A stretch of 64,000 nt of DNA from the NCBI GenBank assembly GCA_965218795.1, contig OZ244653.1, forward strand, positions 1,280,001 through 1,344,000. Reading direction: 5' to 3'. This document shows, piece by piece, positions 48,081 through 58,354 of the stretch. The DNA comes from a bacterium (lineage in GTDB: Bacteria > UBA8248 > JACPRG01 > G963555815). Made by a program: the position numbers and the translations under genes. Numbering within the stretch: the stretch's first letter is position 1; each line of letters begins with the position of its first letter. Under the pieces are notes generated by a model. That model worked only from the letters and a program-made list of their open reading frames with translations. It searched no databases and had not been told where the DNA came from.

Positions 48081-49044
48081 TATCGGATCAATTTTCTTTA
48101 GAAACCCTATCTGCACGGCAAAAAGTGTATGCCGCATAGTCAGACAAAAAGGAAACCGAAAGGGCCTTTGACCTGAAAAGAGGGTCAGATGTTGCGTTGA
48201 TCCATTGTGTCGTAAAGGAGTCACCATGAGGGAAGCCGCTCTGACTTACTTACGCAAATCTGCAAGGGATGGACTGCTCGATGGTCAAAGGCCTGACGCC
48301 GGAGCCATTGCAGGGCGCGCTTACAGACGAAGAAACGAGCCTGCCGGACTCTATCATCCCTGAAGAAGAACAGCCCTGACCCGTTAGGTCCGGTCCCCCG
48401 GCCCTCCCCGGAAGACTGATTTCCCGTCTGCTTTCCGTATCGACTGAGAAAAAATCTCAGCGTCGAATGCCTCGGGTATTCATCGGCTCATCAAAACCGA
48501 TTCGATCGAAATGACGACGATATTTGCGTGCTGCACCAAGCCAGAACAATCAGGAAAAGGGCAAACCATCACAGGGAGTCGAGGACTTGCCGGGGATGTG
48601 TTCGCCGTGAGGCCCGTCCTGCACCGGAACCGTGGCGCCCGACCCGACGGCGGCGTTCCTGAACATCTCCCCCGGGAAGAGCGAGACGACGTTCGACGTC
48701 TTCTCATTGGGGTGGACATGACGCCACTTCCTCTTACCGAAAATCAATCCCACAAGAGGGCCTCATCAATATCACCCCTCACTGCACATCGGCGCAATCC
48801 ATGCTTTCAACGACCATCAATCATGAAGAACCCCCGCCTATCATCATTCCATTTAATCCAGTTAATCCAGGCTCATTGACTCACGCAATTCAATGGGATT
48901 TCCGCTGCACTTCCCACCAAATTCCTTTCTCCCGCGGGCTTATCAATCCAATTCAATTGCCCCCCCTCAGGGGTTTTGTTAGGATGGCCCGACGAAGATC
49001 CAATCATCGCGGGGGAAGGCAACGGCAGAGGGGGATTACAGAAT

Positions 49045-50235
49045 ATGAGTGCTTCCGTCTTAATCAAGAACCTGGCGACCATCGTTTCAGGAGATATGAA
49101 GGCTCCTCTGATCGACGGAGAGGCCATCCGGATCGAGGACGGCAGGATCGCCAGGATCGGCAGCGAATCCGACTGCTCGGGAGACGTGGACCAGACGATC
49201 GACGCGGGAGGAATGACCGCCACCCCCGGCATGATCGATTCCCATGTGCACACGACCCAAGGCGACTTCACCCCCAGGCAGAACACCCTCGGCTGGATCG
49301 AGAGCTGCATGAATTGCGGGATCACCGCCATGCTGTCCGCCGGAGAGGTTCACACGCCCGGCCGCCCGCGGGACGGTCAGGGAGCCAAGGCCATGTCCAT
49401 CCTGGCCGCCAAATCCTTCCGGAACCTCCGGCCGGGGGGCGTCAAGGTGATAGCCGGCGCCGTCATGCTGGAACCCGGCCTGAAGCCGTCGGACTTCGAT
49501 GACATCGCCGATGCCGGCGTGGAGCTGGTGGGCGAAGTGGGGCTGGGCGCCATCCGGGACCCCGAAGAAGTCCAGCCGCTGCTGGCCGCCGCCCGCGCCA
49601 AGGGCATGCGGGTCCTTTGCCACACGGGAGGCGGCTCCATCCCCGGAAGCATGGTGGTGGACGCCGACATGATCCTGGCCGTGGGACCCGATATCGCGTG
49701 CCACCTGAACGGCGGCCCCACGGGCCTCCCCATGCCGGACATCGAGCGCGTCGTGAAGGAATCGGACCTTGCCCTCGAGCTCGTACAGACGGGCAATCAA
49801 AAACGAGCGGTCGAAGCCATGGACCTGTTTCTGGCCGAAGGGGTGGTCGATCGGGTCATCGTGGGGACCGATATGCCCTCGGGGACCGGCGTCATCCCCT
49901 ACGGCGTGATGCGGACAGTGGCCGTCATGTGCGCCTTCAGCGACATCTCTCCGGAAGAGGCGCTTTGCACGGCAACGGGCAATACCGCGCGCATTCACAA
50001 GATGGACGTCGGCTTCCTCAAGGAGGGCGCCCCCGCCGACATCGGGATACTGGATGCTCCGTGGGGTTCTTCGGGAGAGGACGCCCTCGCCGCCCTGAAA
50101 GCCGGGGATACGCCTTCCGTCGGGGCGGTTCTGATTGACGGCGTTCTCCGCGTCTCCAAGAGCCGCACGGCCCCGCCCTGCACACGAAAAATTCATTTTG
50201 AAGGGGGCCACATCCCCGCCGCAGCGGGACACTGA
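49045..50235 (+). CDS. Enamidase-like amidohydrolase
   Basis: IKN..TIVSGD, DSHVH, GDFTPRQ, PGRPRD, HTGG.SIPGS, HLNGGPT and D.PSGTG follow the Eubacterium barkeri enamidase pattern as recalled. Confidence 0.85.
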   Translation: MSASVLIKNLATIVSGDMKAPLIDGEAIRIEDGRIARIGSESDCSGDVDQTIDAGGMTATPGMIDSHVHTTQGDFTPRQNTLGWIESCMNCGITAMLSAGEVHTPGRPRDGQGAKAMSILAAKSFRNLRPGGVKVIAGAVMLEPGLKPSDFDDIADAGVELVGEVGLGAIRDPEEVQPLLAAARAKGMRVLCHTGGGSIPGSMVVDADMILAVGPDIACHLNGGPTGLPMPDIERVVKESDLALELVQTGNQKRAVEAMDLFLAEGVVDRVIVGTDMPSGTGVIPYGVMRTVAVMCAFSDISPEEALCTATGNTARIHKMDVGFLKEGAPADIGILDAPWGSSGEDALAALKAGDTPSVGAVLIDGVLRVSKSRTAPPCTRKIHFEGGHIPAAAGH

Positions 50236-50291
50236 TCCTCCCGGATACGCCCCATTGAAAGTTCGTCTTTCAGGCCGGCCGCACTGAGCAC

Positions 50292-51338
50292 ATGAACTTC
50301 GAGCTACCCCCGAAAGTAGACGCCGCTCTCCTTCCGACCCGGCTGGAGCGCCTGGACCGCTACAGCGACCGGGTGGGCCGGAACGTCTGGATCAAGCGCG
50401 ATGATCTGACCGAAGCCGCTGCCGGGGGAAACAAGATTCGAAAGCTCGAATACCTGATCGGCGACGCCCGGGAGCAAAAAGCGGATGTCCTGATCACGTG
50501 CGGAGGGATCCAGTCCAATCACGCCCGGACGACCGCCATCGTCGGCCGGAGGCTCGGCCTGGACAGCGTCCTGGTGCTCCGGGGAACCCCACAGGACGCC
50601 CTCGAGGGCAACTACTTGCTGGACCGTCTCGTGGGTGCTGAAGTGGTCTTTGTTTCCCCGGAAGAATACGAGCGGCGCGACGCGGTGATGGCGGACCTCG
50701 CCGAGGACCTCCGCTCGGAGGGGCGGAACCCTTACGTGATTCCGGAGGGGGGAAGCAACGCGCTGGGCGCGATGGGCTACGTGGAAATGATCCGGGAGCT
50801 GAAAGAACAGATGGACGAACAGGGGGTATCGTTCGAATCAATCGTTTGCTGCCTGGGGTCCGGGGGGACCTATGCGGGCATCCTCATGGGGATTGCGTTG
50901 TACGGCATCTCGGCGAAAGCCTTCGGCGTCCTGAATCAGCGGGACGCCGAATATTTCCAAGACCACCTGGAAACGCTGATGAATGACGCCGTCCGGAATC
51001 TGGGCTTCCCCCACGCCGTTCCTCCCGAGGCAATCAAGATGATCGACGGCTACACCGGCCCCGGATACGGCCAGAACACGCCCGAAGAAATCGTGCTGAT
51101 GAACGAAACGGCCCGCGAGGAAGGGATCATCCTCGACCCGGTCTATACAGGCAAAACGTTCTTCGCGCTCGATGACATCCTTCGCAATGACCCATCGGCC
51201 GCCGGCGAGCTCGGCCGGAATATCCTGTTTGTCCATACGGGCGGAATCTTCGGACTTTTCCCGAAACAGAGCGCCTTCGAGGAAGTCTTGACGGAGGGCT
51301 CGCGCCAAGCCGCGGGAAGGAGGCCCCCAGCGGAATGA
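50292..51338 (+). CDS. D-cysteine desulfhydrase / ACC deaminase family PLP enzyme
   Basis: IKRDD, GGNKIRKLEY, QSNH, IPEGGS, LDPVYTGK and HTGG motifs. Confidence 0.93.
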   Translation: MNFELPPKVDAALLPTRLERLDRYSDRVGRNVWIKRDDLTEAAAGGNKIRKLEYLIGDAREQKADVLITCGGIQSNHARTTAIVGRRLGLDSVLVLRGTPQDALEGNYLLDRLVGAEVVFVSPEEYERRDAVMADLAEDLRSEGRNPYVIPEGGSNALGAMGYVEMIRELKEQMDEQGVSFESIVCCLGSGGTYAGILMGIALYGISAKAFGVLNQRDAEYFQDHLETLMNDAVRNLGFPHAVPPEAIKMIDGYTGPGYGQNTPEEIVLMNETAREEGIILDPVYTGKTFFALDDILRNDPSAAGELGRNILFVHTGGIFGLFPKQSAFEEVLTEGSRQAAGRRPPAE

Positions 51339-52303
51339 ACGCGACCGAACGGCTGGGTGAAGGAGTGACATTCGGAATCAACATCGGCGCTCCGTTCGCC
51401 GATCGCATGCCGGACCCCCGGTGGCTTTGCGATCTGGTCGAGGAGATCGAAGCGTTGGGCTTCGACGCAATGTGGGTGAGCGACCACATCCTGCTTCACA
51501 AGGACGTGCACGACAGCCTGGTATTTCTTTCGGCCTTCGCCGCGCGGACGACCCGGATCGTCCTGGGTACGAGCGTCCTCCTGCTCCCGTTACGGCATCC
51601 GACCGTCGTCGCCAAGTCCGTCTCGATTCTCGATCACCTTTCGAACGGACGGATCGTTCTCGGCGTCGGCGTGGGCGGAGAGTTCGCCGAGGAGTTCGAG
51701 GCCTGCGGCGTTCCCCTGAAAGAGCGCGGCGCCCGGGCCGACGAGGCGCTGGAGGTCCTCCGCCGATTGTGGACGGAGGAATCCGTCACGCACGAGGGCC
51801 GCTTTTACCCCTTCCGGGACGCGAACATGCTGCCCCGGCCCGTCCAGCCGGGAGGCCCGGCCATCTGGGTCGGCGGGCGATCCGATGCCGCGCTCCAAAG
51901 AACGGCACGGTTCGGCCGGGCCTGGCTGAGCTATCTCCAGTCGCCCGACAGGGTCGCCGCGGGGATGGAGACCGTCAGGGGACTGGCCCGGGACAACGGG
52001 AGAACGCCGGAGGACATTTTCAGCGCCATTCTCCAATTCGTCTGCCTGGACGACTCACGCGAGAAAGCCCGGACAACGGCGCTCCATGAGATGAACCGGG
52101 GCTACCGCACGAATTTCGAGAAGGTGTTCGACCGATACGTCCCCCACGGCCCGCCGGACGACATCGCGGAGAACGTGGCCCGGTACCAGGAAGCCGGCGT
52201 CCGCCACTTCATCTTCCGTCTCGCTTGTCCATCCGACCGGATTCCGGCCCAGGTGCGGCGGATTGCCGGCGAAGTCATCCCCCGGTTCCGAACTTCAAGG
52301 TAA
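51335..52303 (+). CDS. Luciferase-like (LLM class) flavin/F420-dependent oxidoreductase
   Basis: GFDAMWVSDH, LPLRHP..VAK, LSNGR..LGVG and PRPVQ..IWVGG motifs. Confidence 0.92.
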   Translation: MNATERLGEGVTFGINIGAPFADRMPDPRWLCDLVEEIEALGFDAMWVSDHILLHKDVHDSLVFLSAFAARTTRIVLGTSVLLLPLRHPTVVAKSVSILDHLSNGRIVLGVGVGGEFAEEFEACGVPLKERGARADEALEVLRRLWTEESVTHEGRFYPFRDANMLPRPVQPGGPAIWVGGRSDAALQRTARFGRAWLSYLQSPDRVAAGMETVRGLARDNGRTPEDIFSAILQFVCLDDSREKARTTALHEMNRGYRTNFEKVFDRYVPHGPPDDIAENVARYQEAGVRHFIFRLACPSDRIPAQVRRIAGEVIPRFRTSR

Positions 52304-52722
52304 GGCTCGGGATTTCCGGGAAACAGGTTTCTTCCAACCTCCCACGGCCGATTCGATTCCACACCGACCAAAAATCGGGGCCGAAATGGAATTCTTTCGA
52401 AAAAACCACTTCCGGGAACAATCAATCCGCCATTTTCCCCAAGAAAACCAGAGAATTTCTACTATGATGGGTATTAAATAAAGGAGTGGAGTCTTGCCAT
52501 CGATGATGGCCTTATACCCGAGGCGTTCGATAGGAGCGGCCGACCATTACGCTGTCTACCGACAATACGGACAAACGCCCAGTTCATCCCGATCGGGCTG
52601 AGCCGGGTTCGGGAGGAACTCCGCTGGAAGACCAGGAAAGAATCACGCCCGAAGATGATTCTTCCTCCACTCTCTTTTCCAACCCCTCTTCCGAGCGCAC
52701 GATCGATATTTCCGTCACGGGG

Positions 52723-55134
52723 ATGTCCTGCGCCGGATGCGCCTCCCGCGTTGAAAGCGCACTGATCGAGGTTTCAGGCGTTCGGACGGCAAGCGTCAAC
52801 TTCGGTAATCACCGAGCGACCGTCCATGTGAGCGATAACCTGGTGTCCGTTCCAGGTCTGGTCGATGCCGTTGAGGGAACCGGTTACGGAGTCGCCACCG
52901 CGCAGGCTTCGATCGCAATTCAAGGGATGTCCTGCGCATCCTGCGTCTCGAAGGTGGAACAGTCAATTTCCGACGTTCCCGGCGTCATCTCCGTTGCCGT
53001 CAACCTGGGGACGAGCCGGGCCTCCGTCGCATTTCTTCCGGGCTTGACGACCGTCCGGGAAATCAGCTCGGCGATCCGGTCCGCCGGTTATTCAACGATC
53101 GAGGCCGAAGAAGAAGAACTGGTCGATCGGGAAGAAGAAGCCAGACGGCGCGAAGTTCGGGACTTACAGCGCAAGCTCTCGCTATCGGTAGTCCTGTCCG
53201 CCCTTGTGATGATCGGGAGCATGGACGTTCTGACAGCCGTGGCTCCGGGCTGGCTTCGAAACCTTTACGTCCTGTGGCTCCTCGCGACGCCCATCCAGTT
53301 TGTCGCCGGCTGGCAGTTTTATCGGGGCGCCTGGGCGGCGGCGCGTCACCGCGCCTCCGACATGAATACGTTGATAGCCATTGGAACTTCCGCGGCCTAT
53401 TTCTATAGCGTCAGCGCGACGATCTTTCCGGAATTTTTCCGCAGGGGCGGAATCGAGCCCCGGGTCTACTTTGACACCGCGGCCGTCATCATCACGCTCA
53501 TTCTTCTGGGCCGTCTGATGGAAGCGCTCGCCAAGCGCCGGACTTCAGCGGCCATCAAGAAGCTGCTTGGGTTGCAGCCCAAGACCGCCCGGGTCGTGCG
53601 GGACGGCGTAGAGCAGGACATCCCGATCGACGAGGTTCGGGTCGGCGAACTGATTCAAGTCCGCCCGGGGGAACGCATCCCGGTGGACGGGGCGGTCTCG
53701 GACGGATGGTCGATCGTTGACGAATCAATGCTCACCGGCGAGAGCCTGCCCGTCGAGAAGCGGGTCGGGGATGAGGTGATCGGCGGGACGATCAACAAGA
53801 CGGGTGCCTTCACGTTTGAAGCCCGGAAAGTCGGGCGTGAAACGGCCTTGGCGCAGATCATCCAGCTCGTGGAAGCGGCTCAGGGAACCAAGGCGCCCAT
53901 CCAGCGGATGGCCGACCGGGTCGCGGCCGTTTTCGTCCCTGTCGTGATCGGCATCTCCCTTCTGACCTTTCTCGCCTGGGTTCTGTTCGGGCCGTCGCCC
54001 GCGCTGAATTCGGCGATCCTGAACTTTGTAGCGGTTCTCATCATCGCCTGCCCTTGCGCCCTGGGTCTTGCAACGCCTACGGCCATCATGGTCGGGACCG
54101 GACGCGGGTCGGAAAACGGCATCCTGCTCAAGGGCGGAGAGAGCCTGGAAATCGCCTCGCGGATTCAGACGGTCGTTTTCGACAAGACCGGAACCTTGAC
54201 CCACGGGAAACCGGAGGTGACCGATCTCGTCACGGTGAACGGATATTCGGCGGAGGAGGTCCTGCATCTTGCCGCATCCGCTGAGAAGCACTCGGAACAT
54301 CCCCTGGCAGAGGCCATCCTGGACAAGGCGAAGGAACGAAACATTCTTTTGTCGGATGCCCGGAATTTCATGGCCATTCCCGGCAATGGGGTTCAGGCCA
54401 CCGTCGAGGGAAGGGAGATCCTTCTCGGAAGCATCCGGGCGATGGATACAGCCGGCGTGGAGGTGGCCGCGTTTCAGAACTCCATCGAGCTCCAGACCGA
54501 GATGGGCCGGACCCCGATGTTCATGGCCGTGGACGGCGTCCTCGCCGCCATGATGACCATGGCGGACGCCTTGAAGGACAGTGCGGGATCGGCGGTGAAA
54601 AGGCTCCGGGAAATGGGCATTGAAGTCCTGATGATCACCGGCGACCACTCGCGCTCGGCCCGGGTCGTTGCACAAGAGGCGGGGATCGATCAGGTCCTGG
54701 CGGAAGTGCTGCCGGAAGACAAGGCCCGGGAAGTCGCGAAACTTCAATCCGCCGGAAAAGTCGTAGCCATGGTGGGTGACGGAATCAACGATGCGCCGGC
54801 CCTGGCCCAGGCCGATATCGGAATGGCCCTCGGCACGGGAACGGACGTGGCGATCGAGGCGTCCGATGTGACGCTGATCACCGGTGATCCCATGGGCGTC
54901 GTCAATGCCATCCGGCTGAGCCGCCGGACGATGAGGACCATCAAGCAGAATCTATTCTGGGCGTTCGCCTACAACAGCGCGGGCATTCCGATTGCCGCCG
55001 GCGTGCTGTACCCTTTCTTCGGCATCTTGATGAACCCCATCGTCGCTTCCGTGGCAATGGCGTTCAGCTCCGTTTCCGTCCTCCTGAACAGCCTGCGCCT
55101 CCGCCGCTTCCGCCCTCTGTCCGACAGGACGTAG
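52723..55134 (+). CDS. copA: Cu(I)-exporting P1B-type ATPase (true start probably upstream of 52723)
   Basis: Two GMSCxxC HMA domains, [26 protein letters not shown] and MAFSS motifs. Confidence 0.95.
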   Translation: MSCAGCASRVESALIEVSGVRTASVNFGNHRATVHVSDNLVSVPGLVDAVEGTGYGVATAQASIAIQGMSCASCVSKVEQSISDVPGVISVAVNLGTSRASVAFLPGLTTVREISSAIRSAGYSTIEAEEEELVDREEEARRREVRDLQRKLSLSVVLSALVMIGSMDVLTAVAPGWLRNLYVLWLLATPIQFVAGWQFYRGAWAAARHRASDMNTLIAIGTSAAYFYSVSATIFPEFFRRGGIEPRVYFDTAAVIITLILLGRLMEALAKRRTSAAIKKLLGLQPKTARVVRDGVEQDIPIDEVRVGELIQVRPGERIPVDGAVSDGWSIVDESMLTGESLPVEKRVGDEVIGGTINKTGAFTFEARKVGRETALAQIIQLVEAAQGTKAPIQRMADRVAAVFVPVVIGISLLTFLAWVLFGPSPALNSAILNFVAVLIIACPCALGLATPTAIMVGTGRGSENGILLKGGESLEIASRIQTVVFDKTGTLTHGKPEVTDLVTVNGYSAEEVLHLAASAEKHSEHPLAEAILDKAKERNILLSDARNFMAIPGNGVQATVEGREILLGSIRAMDTAGVEVAAFQNSIELQTEMGRTPMFMAVDGVLAAMMTMADALKDSAGSAVKRLREMGIEVLMITGDHSRSARVVAQEAGIDQVLAEVLPEDKAREVAKLQSAGKVVAMVGDGINDAPALAQADIGMALGTGTDVAIEASDVTLITGDPMGVVNAIRLSRRTMRTIKQNLFWAFAYNSAGIPIAAGVLYPFFGILMNPIVASVAMAFSSVSVLLNSLRLRRFRPLSDRT

Positions 55135-55148
55135 GCGGCCCGGTTCCT

Positions 55149-55499
55149 TTACGCGACCGTACGCTTCTCCCCGCCCGTCAGCGCTCCCTCCAGCGCGGCG
55201 GAAAGCCTTCCCGACGGGGCCGATCCCGCATGGTGGTAGACCGTCTCCCCGTCCCGGAAGATCAGAAGCATCGGGATGCTCCGGATCTCATAACGGACGG
55301 TCAGATCCACCTCTTTGTCGACATCCACCTTCACCACCCGGTATCGCCCGTCCGCCTGCCCGGCCAGTTTCTCCAATACGGGAGCCATCGCCCGGCAGGG
55401 CCCGCACCAGTCCGCGTAAAAGTCCACGAGAACCGGAACCTCCGCGTTCAGAACTTCCCGTTCGAATTCATCCGCTCGAATGGTTCGAATACCCGTCAT
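55149..55499 (-). CDS. trxA: Thioredoxin
   Basis: DFYADWCGPC active site and IRSIP. Confidence 0.93.
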   Translation of the reverse strand: MTGIRTIRADEFEREVLNAEVPVLVDFYADWCGPCRAMAPVLEKLAGQADGRYRVVKVDVDKEVDLTVRYEIRSIPMLLIFRDGETVYHHAGSAPSGRLSAALEGALTGGEKRTVA

Positions 55500-55804
55500 G
55501 GCGTCCTCTCCTCAATTGATTCCCGTCGGCGCAGATATTCCGCGGATTCCCTCAGGCGGTTGGAGGCGCCGTTCGTTCATTGAAGTCTTCCCGCGGCCAT
55601 TCGGCCGCCACAATCGATTAGACGCCCAAAACACGAAAACGATTCCGGAAACAGGTCCGACGCCCCTCGACAGGCGATGTGGAAACGGATTCCGAAGTAT
55701 CGCGGCGCGGAGGATTCCCGGTTCGGCGTTCTTCCCTTCAGGCCCAATCTGATAGGATGAACCCTCTTAGGGGCCGACTCGAAGGCGGAAACGGGCTGTT
55801 GAGC

Positions 55805-57160
55805 ATGACCATTGACTTGCGAAGCTTCCTCGAAGAAGCGGAACGCCGGGCGGACGGCGATTTCATCCGGGTGAAGCGGGAGATCTCCCGTGATTACGAG
55901 CTGGCCGGCGTAGTCGCCAAACTCGAGGCCGAGCGCCGCGTCCCCATTCTGATGTTCGAAAACGTTCAGGGAGCGGACTTTCCCGCGGTTGTCAACGTTT
56001 TGGGCTCGCGGTCGCGTATCGCGTCCAGTCTCGGAATCACGTCCAAGGAGCTTCTTCCCCGATTCCATGCAGCGGTCGATTCCCCCATTCCCCCCAAGGA
56101 GGTCGAGAACGCGCCGGTGCAGGAGAAAGTCATCGAAGGGGGAGACGTCGATCTGGGCCGCCTGCCGCTCATGCGCTATCACGACACCGACGCCGCCCCG
56201 TACCTGACGGCCGGAATCGTCATCGCCAAAGATCCCGAACGCGGGGAGTACAACCTGAGCTTCAACCGGTTGATGCTCAAGGACCGCAACCGTCTCGGGA
56301 TCTTCATGACCGTGGGAAAGCATCTGCACGAGATGTACAGCCGGATGGAGGAACAGGGCAAACCGCTGCCGATTGCCGTGTCCATCGGAAATCATCCGGC
56401 CTGGGCGGTGGGGACCTGCTACATCGGACCCTATCAGGTCGATGAACTGGGCGTCATCGGCGGGCTGATGGGAAGCCCGCTGGAGATGGTCCGCGCCCGG
56501 ACGGCGGACCTTCTCGTCCCGGCACGCGCCGAGATCGTCCTGGAAGGTGAAATCGAGCCGTTCACCCGTGAAATCGAGGGGTCCTTCGCCGAGTTCCACG
56601 GCTACGCCACGGAACCGAGGGAGCGGCAGGTCGTGCGCGTCAAGGCCGTGACTCACCGGGAGGGCGCAATTTATCAGGACCTGGTGGGGGGCGCCCACAG
56701 GGAGCATCTGGTCCTGCCCACAATCCCCATGGAAGCCAACGTGGACCGGGCGGTCCGGGCGGCGGTCCCTTCAATGGCCGCCCTACGGATCGCGGCGCCT
56801 TTCGTCCTGGCGGTTTCCATCAAAAAGCGGTTTCCCGGCCAGCCCAAGACCGCGGCCCTGGCCGCCTTCGCGGCCGAGATGTATCTGAAGCAGGTCATCG
56901 TCGTGGACGAAGATATCGACGTGAGCGATCTGTCCCGGGTCGTCTGGGCCATGGCAACGCGGTGCCAGTGGAGCCGCGACACGTTCGTTATCCCCGACGC
57001 GCCGGGCTCGTCGCTGGATCCGTCCGCCCTGACCGAGGGACTGGTCGACAAGGTGGGGATTGACGCCACGGCAAAGCCGACGCTCGAAAGCTTCGCGCCC
57101 CGCGGGCAGATCCCTTCGGACGTATTATCCCGCCTGAATCTGGACGATTACCTGTCCTGA
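55805..57160 (+). CDS. UbiD-family prFMN-dependent (de)carboxylase
   Basis: DLRSFL, EIVLEG, EGSFAEFHGY, VVDEDID, WAMATR and KVGIDAT motifs. Confidence 0.93.
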   Translation: MTIDLRSFLEEAERRADGDFIRVKREISRDYELAGVVAKLEAERRVPILMFENVQGADFPAVVNVLGSRSRIASSLGITSKELLPRFHAAVDSPIPPKEVENAPVQEKVIEGGDVDLGRLPLMRYHDTDAAPYLTAGIVIAKDPERGEYNLSFNRLMLKDRNRLGIFMTVGKHLHEMYSRMEEQGKPLPIAVSIGNHPAWAVGTCYIGPYQVDELGVIGGLMGSPLEMVRARTADLLVPARAEIVLEGEIEPFTREIEGSFAEFHGYATEPRERQVVRVKAVTHREGAIYQDLVGGAHREHLVLPTIPMEANVDRAVRAAVPSMAALRIAAPFVLAVSIKKRFPGQPKTAALAAFAAEMYLKQVIVVDEDIDVSDLSRVVWAMATRCQWSRDTFVIPDAPGSSLDPSALTEGLVDKVGIDATAKPTLESFAPRGQIPSDVLSRLNLDDYLS

Positions 57161-57185
57161 CCTCGCGGTGATGCCCAAAATCCAT
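57092..57185 (+). repeat. Direct repeat copy 1 (ubiD 3' end plus 25 bp downstream)
   Basis: 86/94 identical to 58261-58354 by manual alignment; first 47 bp identical. Confidence 0.95.
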
Positions 57186-57332
57186 AGGGAAAGAAAATCG
57201 TGTCCCCAGAATCCCCTATAATGACGTTCAGAAGCTGCGCGACGGGTTGGAAACCCGCCTGCTTCAAAAGTCGGCGAAGCGTAGTGGGCAGTAGCCTGTC
57301 AAGGGAACCGGACAGACGGGTAGGGCTATGGC

Positions 57333-57532
57333 ATGGGAAGGAAAACCATTATCGCAATGACTGGATCACTGTTGATGGCCGCTGCCCTGGTGGGCTGCGC
57401 CAACTTGCAAACTGTTGGAAGAACCGCGCCGGCCTGCGGCCCGCCTGCAGGTCGGTGATGGACGCGAGCGGGTTTCTGTCGATACTCGATTGCCACGACA
57501 CACGGGACGCCGCGTTGGCGGCACTGTCCTGA
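57333..57532 (+). pseudogene. Chimeric relic: lipoprotein N-terminus joined to a STAS-like C-terminus
   Basis: ATG 57333 gives MGRKTIIAMTGSLLMAAALVG-C (lipobox), stop at 57458. An overlapping frame gives GLRPACRSVMDASGFLSILDCHDTRDAALAALS* (anti-anti-sigma-like tail). Confidence 0.5.
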
Positions 57533-57589
57533 ACCTTCTCGAAACCGCTGGCCGCGGCCAGCCTTGCTCATGACCACGGAGCCTGTCCC

Positions 57590-58243
57590 ATGCTGACGTT
57601 CGCCGAAGAAATCCTGGTGCTTCTGCTGCACGATGAAAACGGCGCGTTCCTGCCCGTCAAGGGATACGCCATGAACCACGCCCTGGCCGGCTCGGTTCTG
57701 ATGGATCTGGCGTTCGCCAACCGGATCGACACCGATCCCGAGCAGTTGATGGTCATCGACCGCGCGCCCACGGGCAACCCCATGCTCGATCGCGTTCTGG
57801 ATCGGGTCGCGGACTGCGCGGAGACGAGGAACACCAAGGCATGGCTCGCGACGTTCTCCGCCGCGGCCGAGGCCGCGACCATCCGGGAGCTCGCGTTAGC
57901 CAGCCTGGTGGAGCGCGGCATCCTGGAGCGCCGGGAGGAGAAGTTCCTGTGGGTGTTCCGAACCCGGCGCTATCCGATGATCGACGGGAAGGTCGAACGC
58001 GAGGCCAAGAGGCGCATCGCGGGCGTACTGTTCTCCGACGAGATTCCCGACCCCAGGGACGTCGCCCTGATCTGTCTGGCCGAGGCGTGCGACATCCTGA
58101 ACGCCGTGTTCGGGAAAAAGGAAATGAAGCGCAGCAGGCCCCGCATCGTTCAACTGCTCAAGATGGATCTGATCGGACGCGAAATGGCCGGCGCGATCGC
58201 CGACATCCACCACACGATCCTGTCCGCCAGCGCGTTGCAGTAG
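57590..58243 (+). CDS. GPP34 (Golgi phosphoprotein 3-like) family protein
   Basis: LTFAEEILVLLL, LAGSVLMDLA..RI, PTGNPMLD, LVERGIL..E.KFLWVF..RRYP and PDPRD..L motifs. Confidence 0.85.
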   Translation: MLTFAEEILVLLLHDENGAFLPVKGYAMNHALAGSVLMDLAFANRIDTDPEQLMVIDRAPTGNPMLDRVLDRVADCAETRNTKAWLATFSAAAEAATIRELALASLVERGILERREEKFLWVFRTRRYPMIDGKVEREAKRRIAGVLFSDEIPDPRDVALICLAEACDILNAVFGKKEMKRSRPRIVQLLKMDLIGREMAGAIADIHHTILSASALQ

Positions 58244-58260
58244 TGAGGCCGGCCGCGGGT

Positions 58261-58354
58261 TTCGCGCCCCGCGGGCAGATCCCTTCGGACGTATTATCCC
58301 GCCTGAACTTGGACGATTACCTGTCCTAGCCTCACGGTGATGGCCGGAATCCAT
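58261..58354 (+). repeat. Direct repeat copy 2 (orphan copy of the ubiD 3' end)
   Basis: Encodes the same FAPRGQIPSDVLSRLNLDDYLS* peptide as copy 1. Confidence 0.95.

Noticed and set aside
48036-48220. PyrR-binding attenuator upstream of the amidohydrolase-pyrR unit
   Set aside because: No recognisable PyrR binding loop, and the predicted promoter leaves too short a leader.
48480-48960. Short ORFs and AATCC-rich stretch between the divergent operons
   Set aside because: No recognisable motifs or RBS; probably decayed sequence.
52460-52475. CsoR-like operator TACTATGATGGGTA upstream of copA
   Set aside because: Only the outer TAC/GTA match; too weak to call.
55805-57160. ubiD without a neighbouring ubiX
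   Set aside because: ubiX is often encoded elsewhere, so absence from this window is uninformative.
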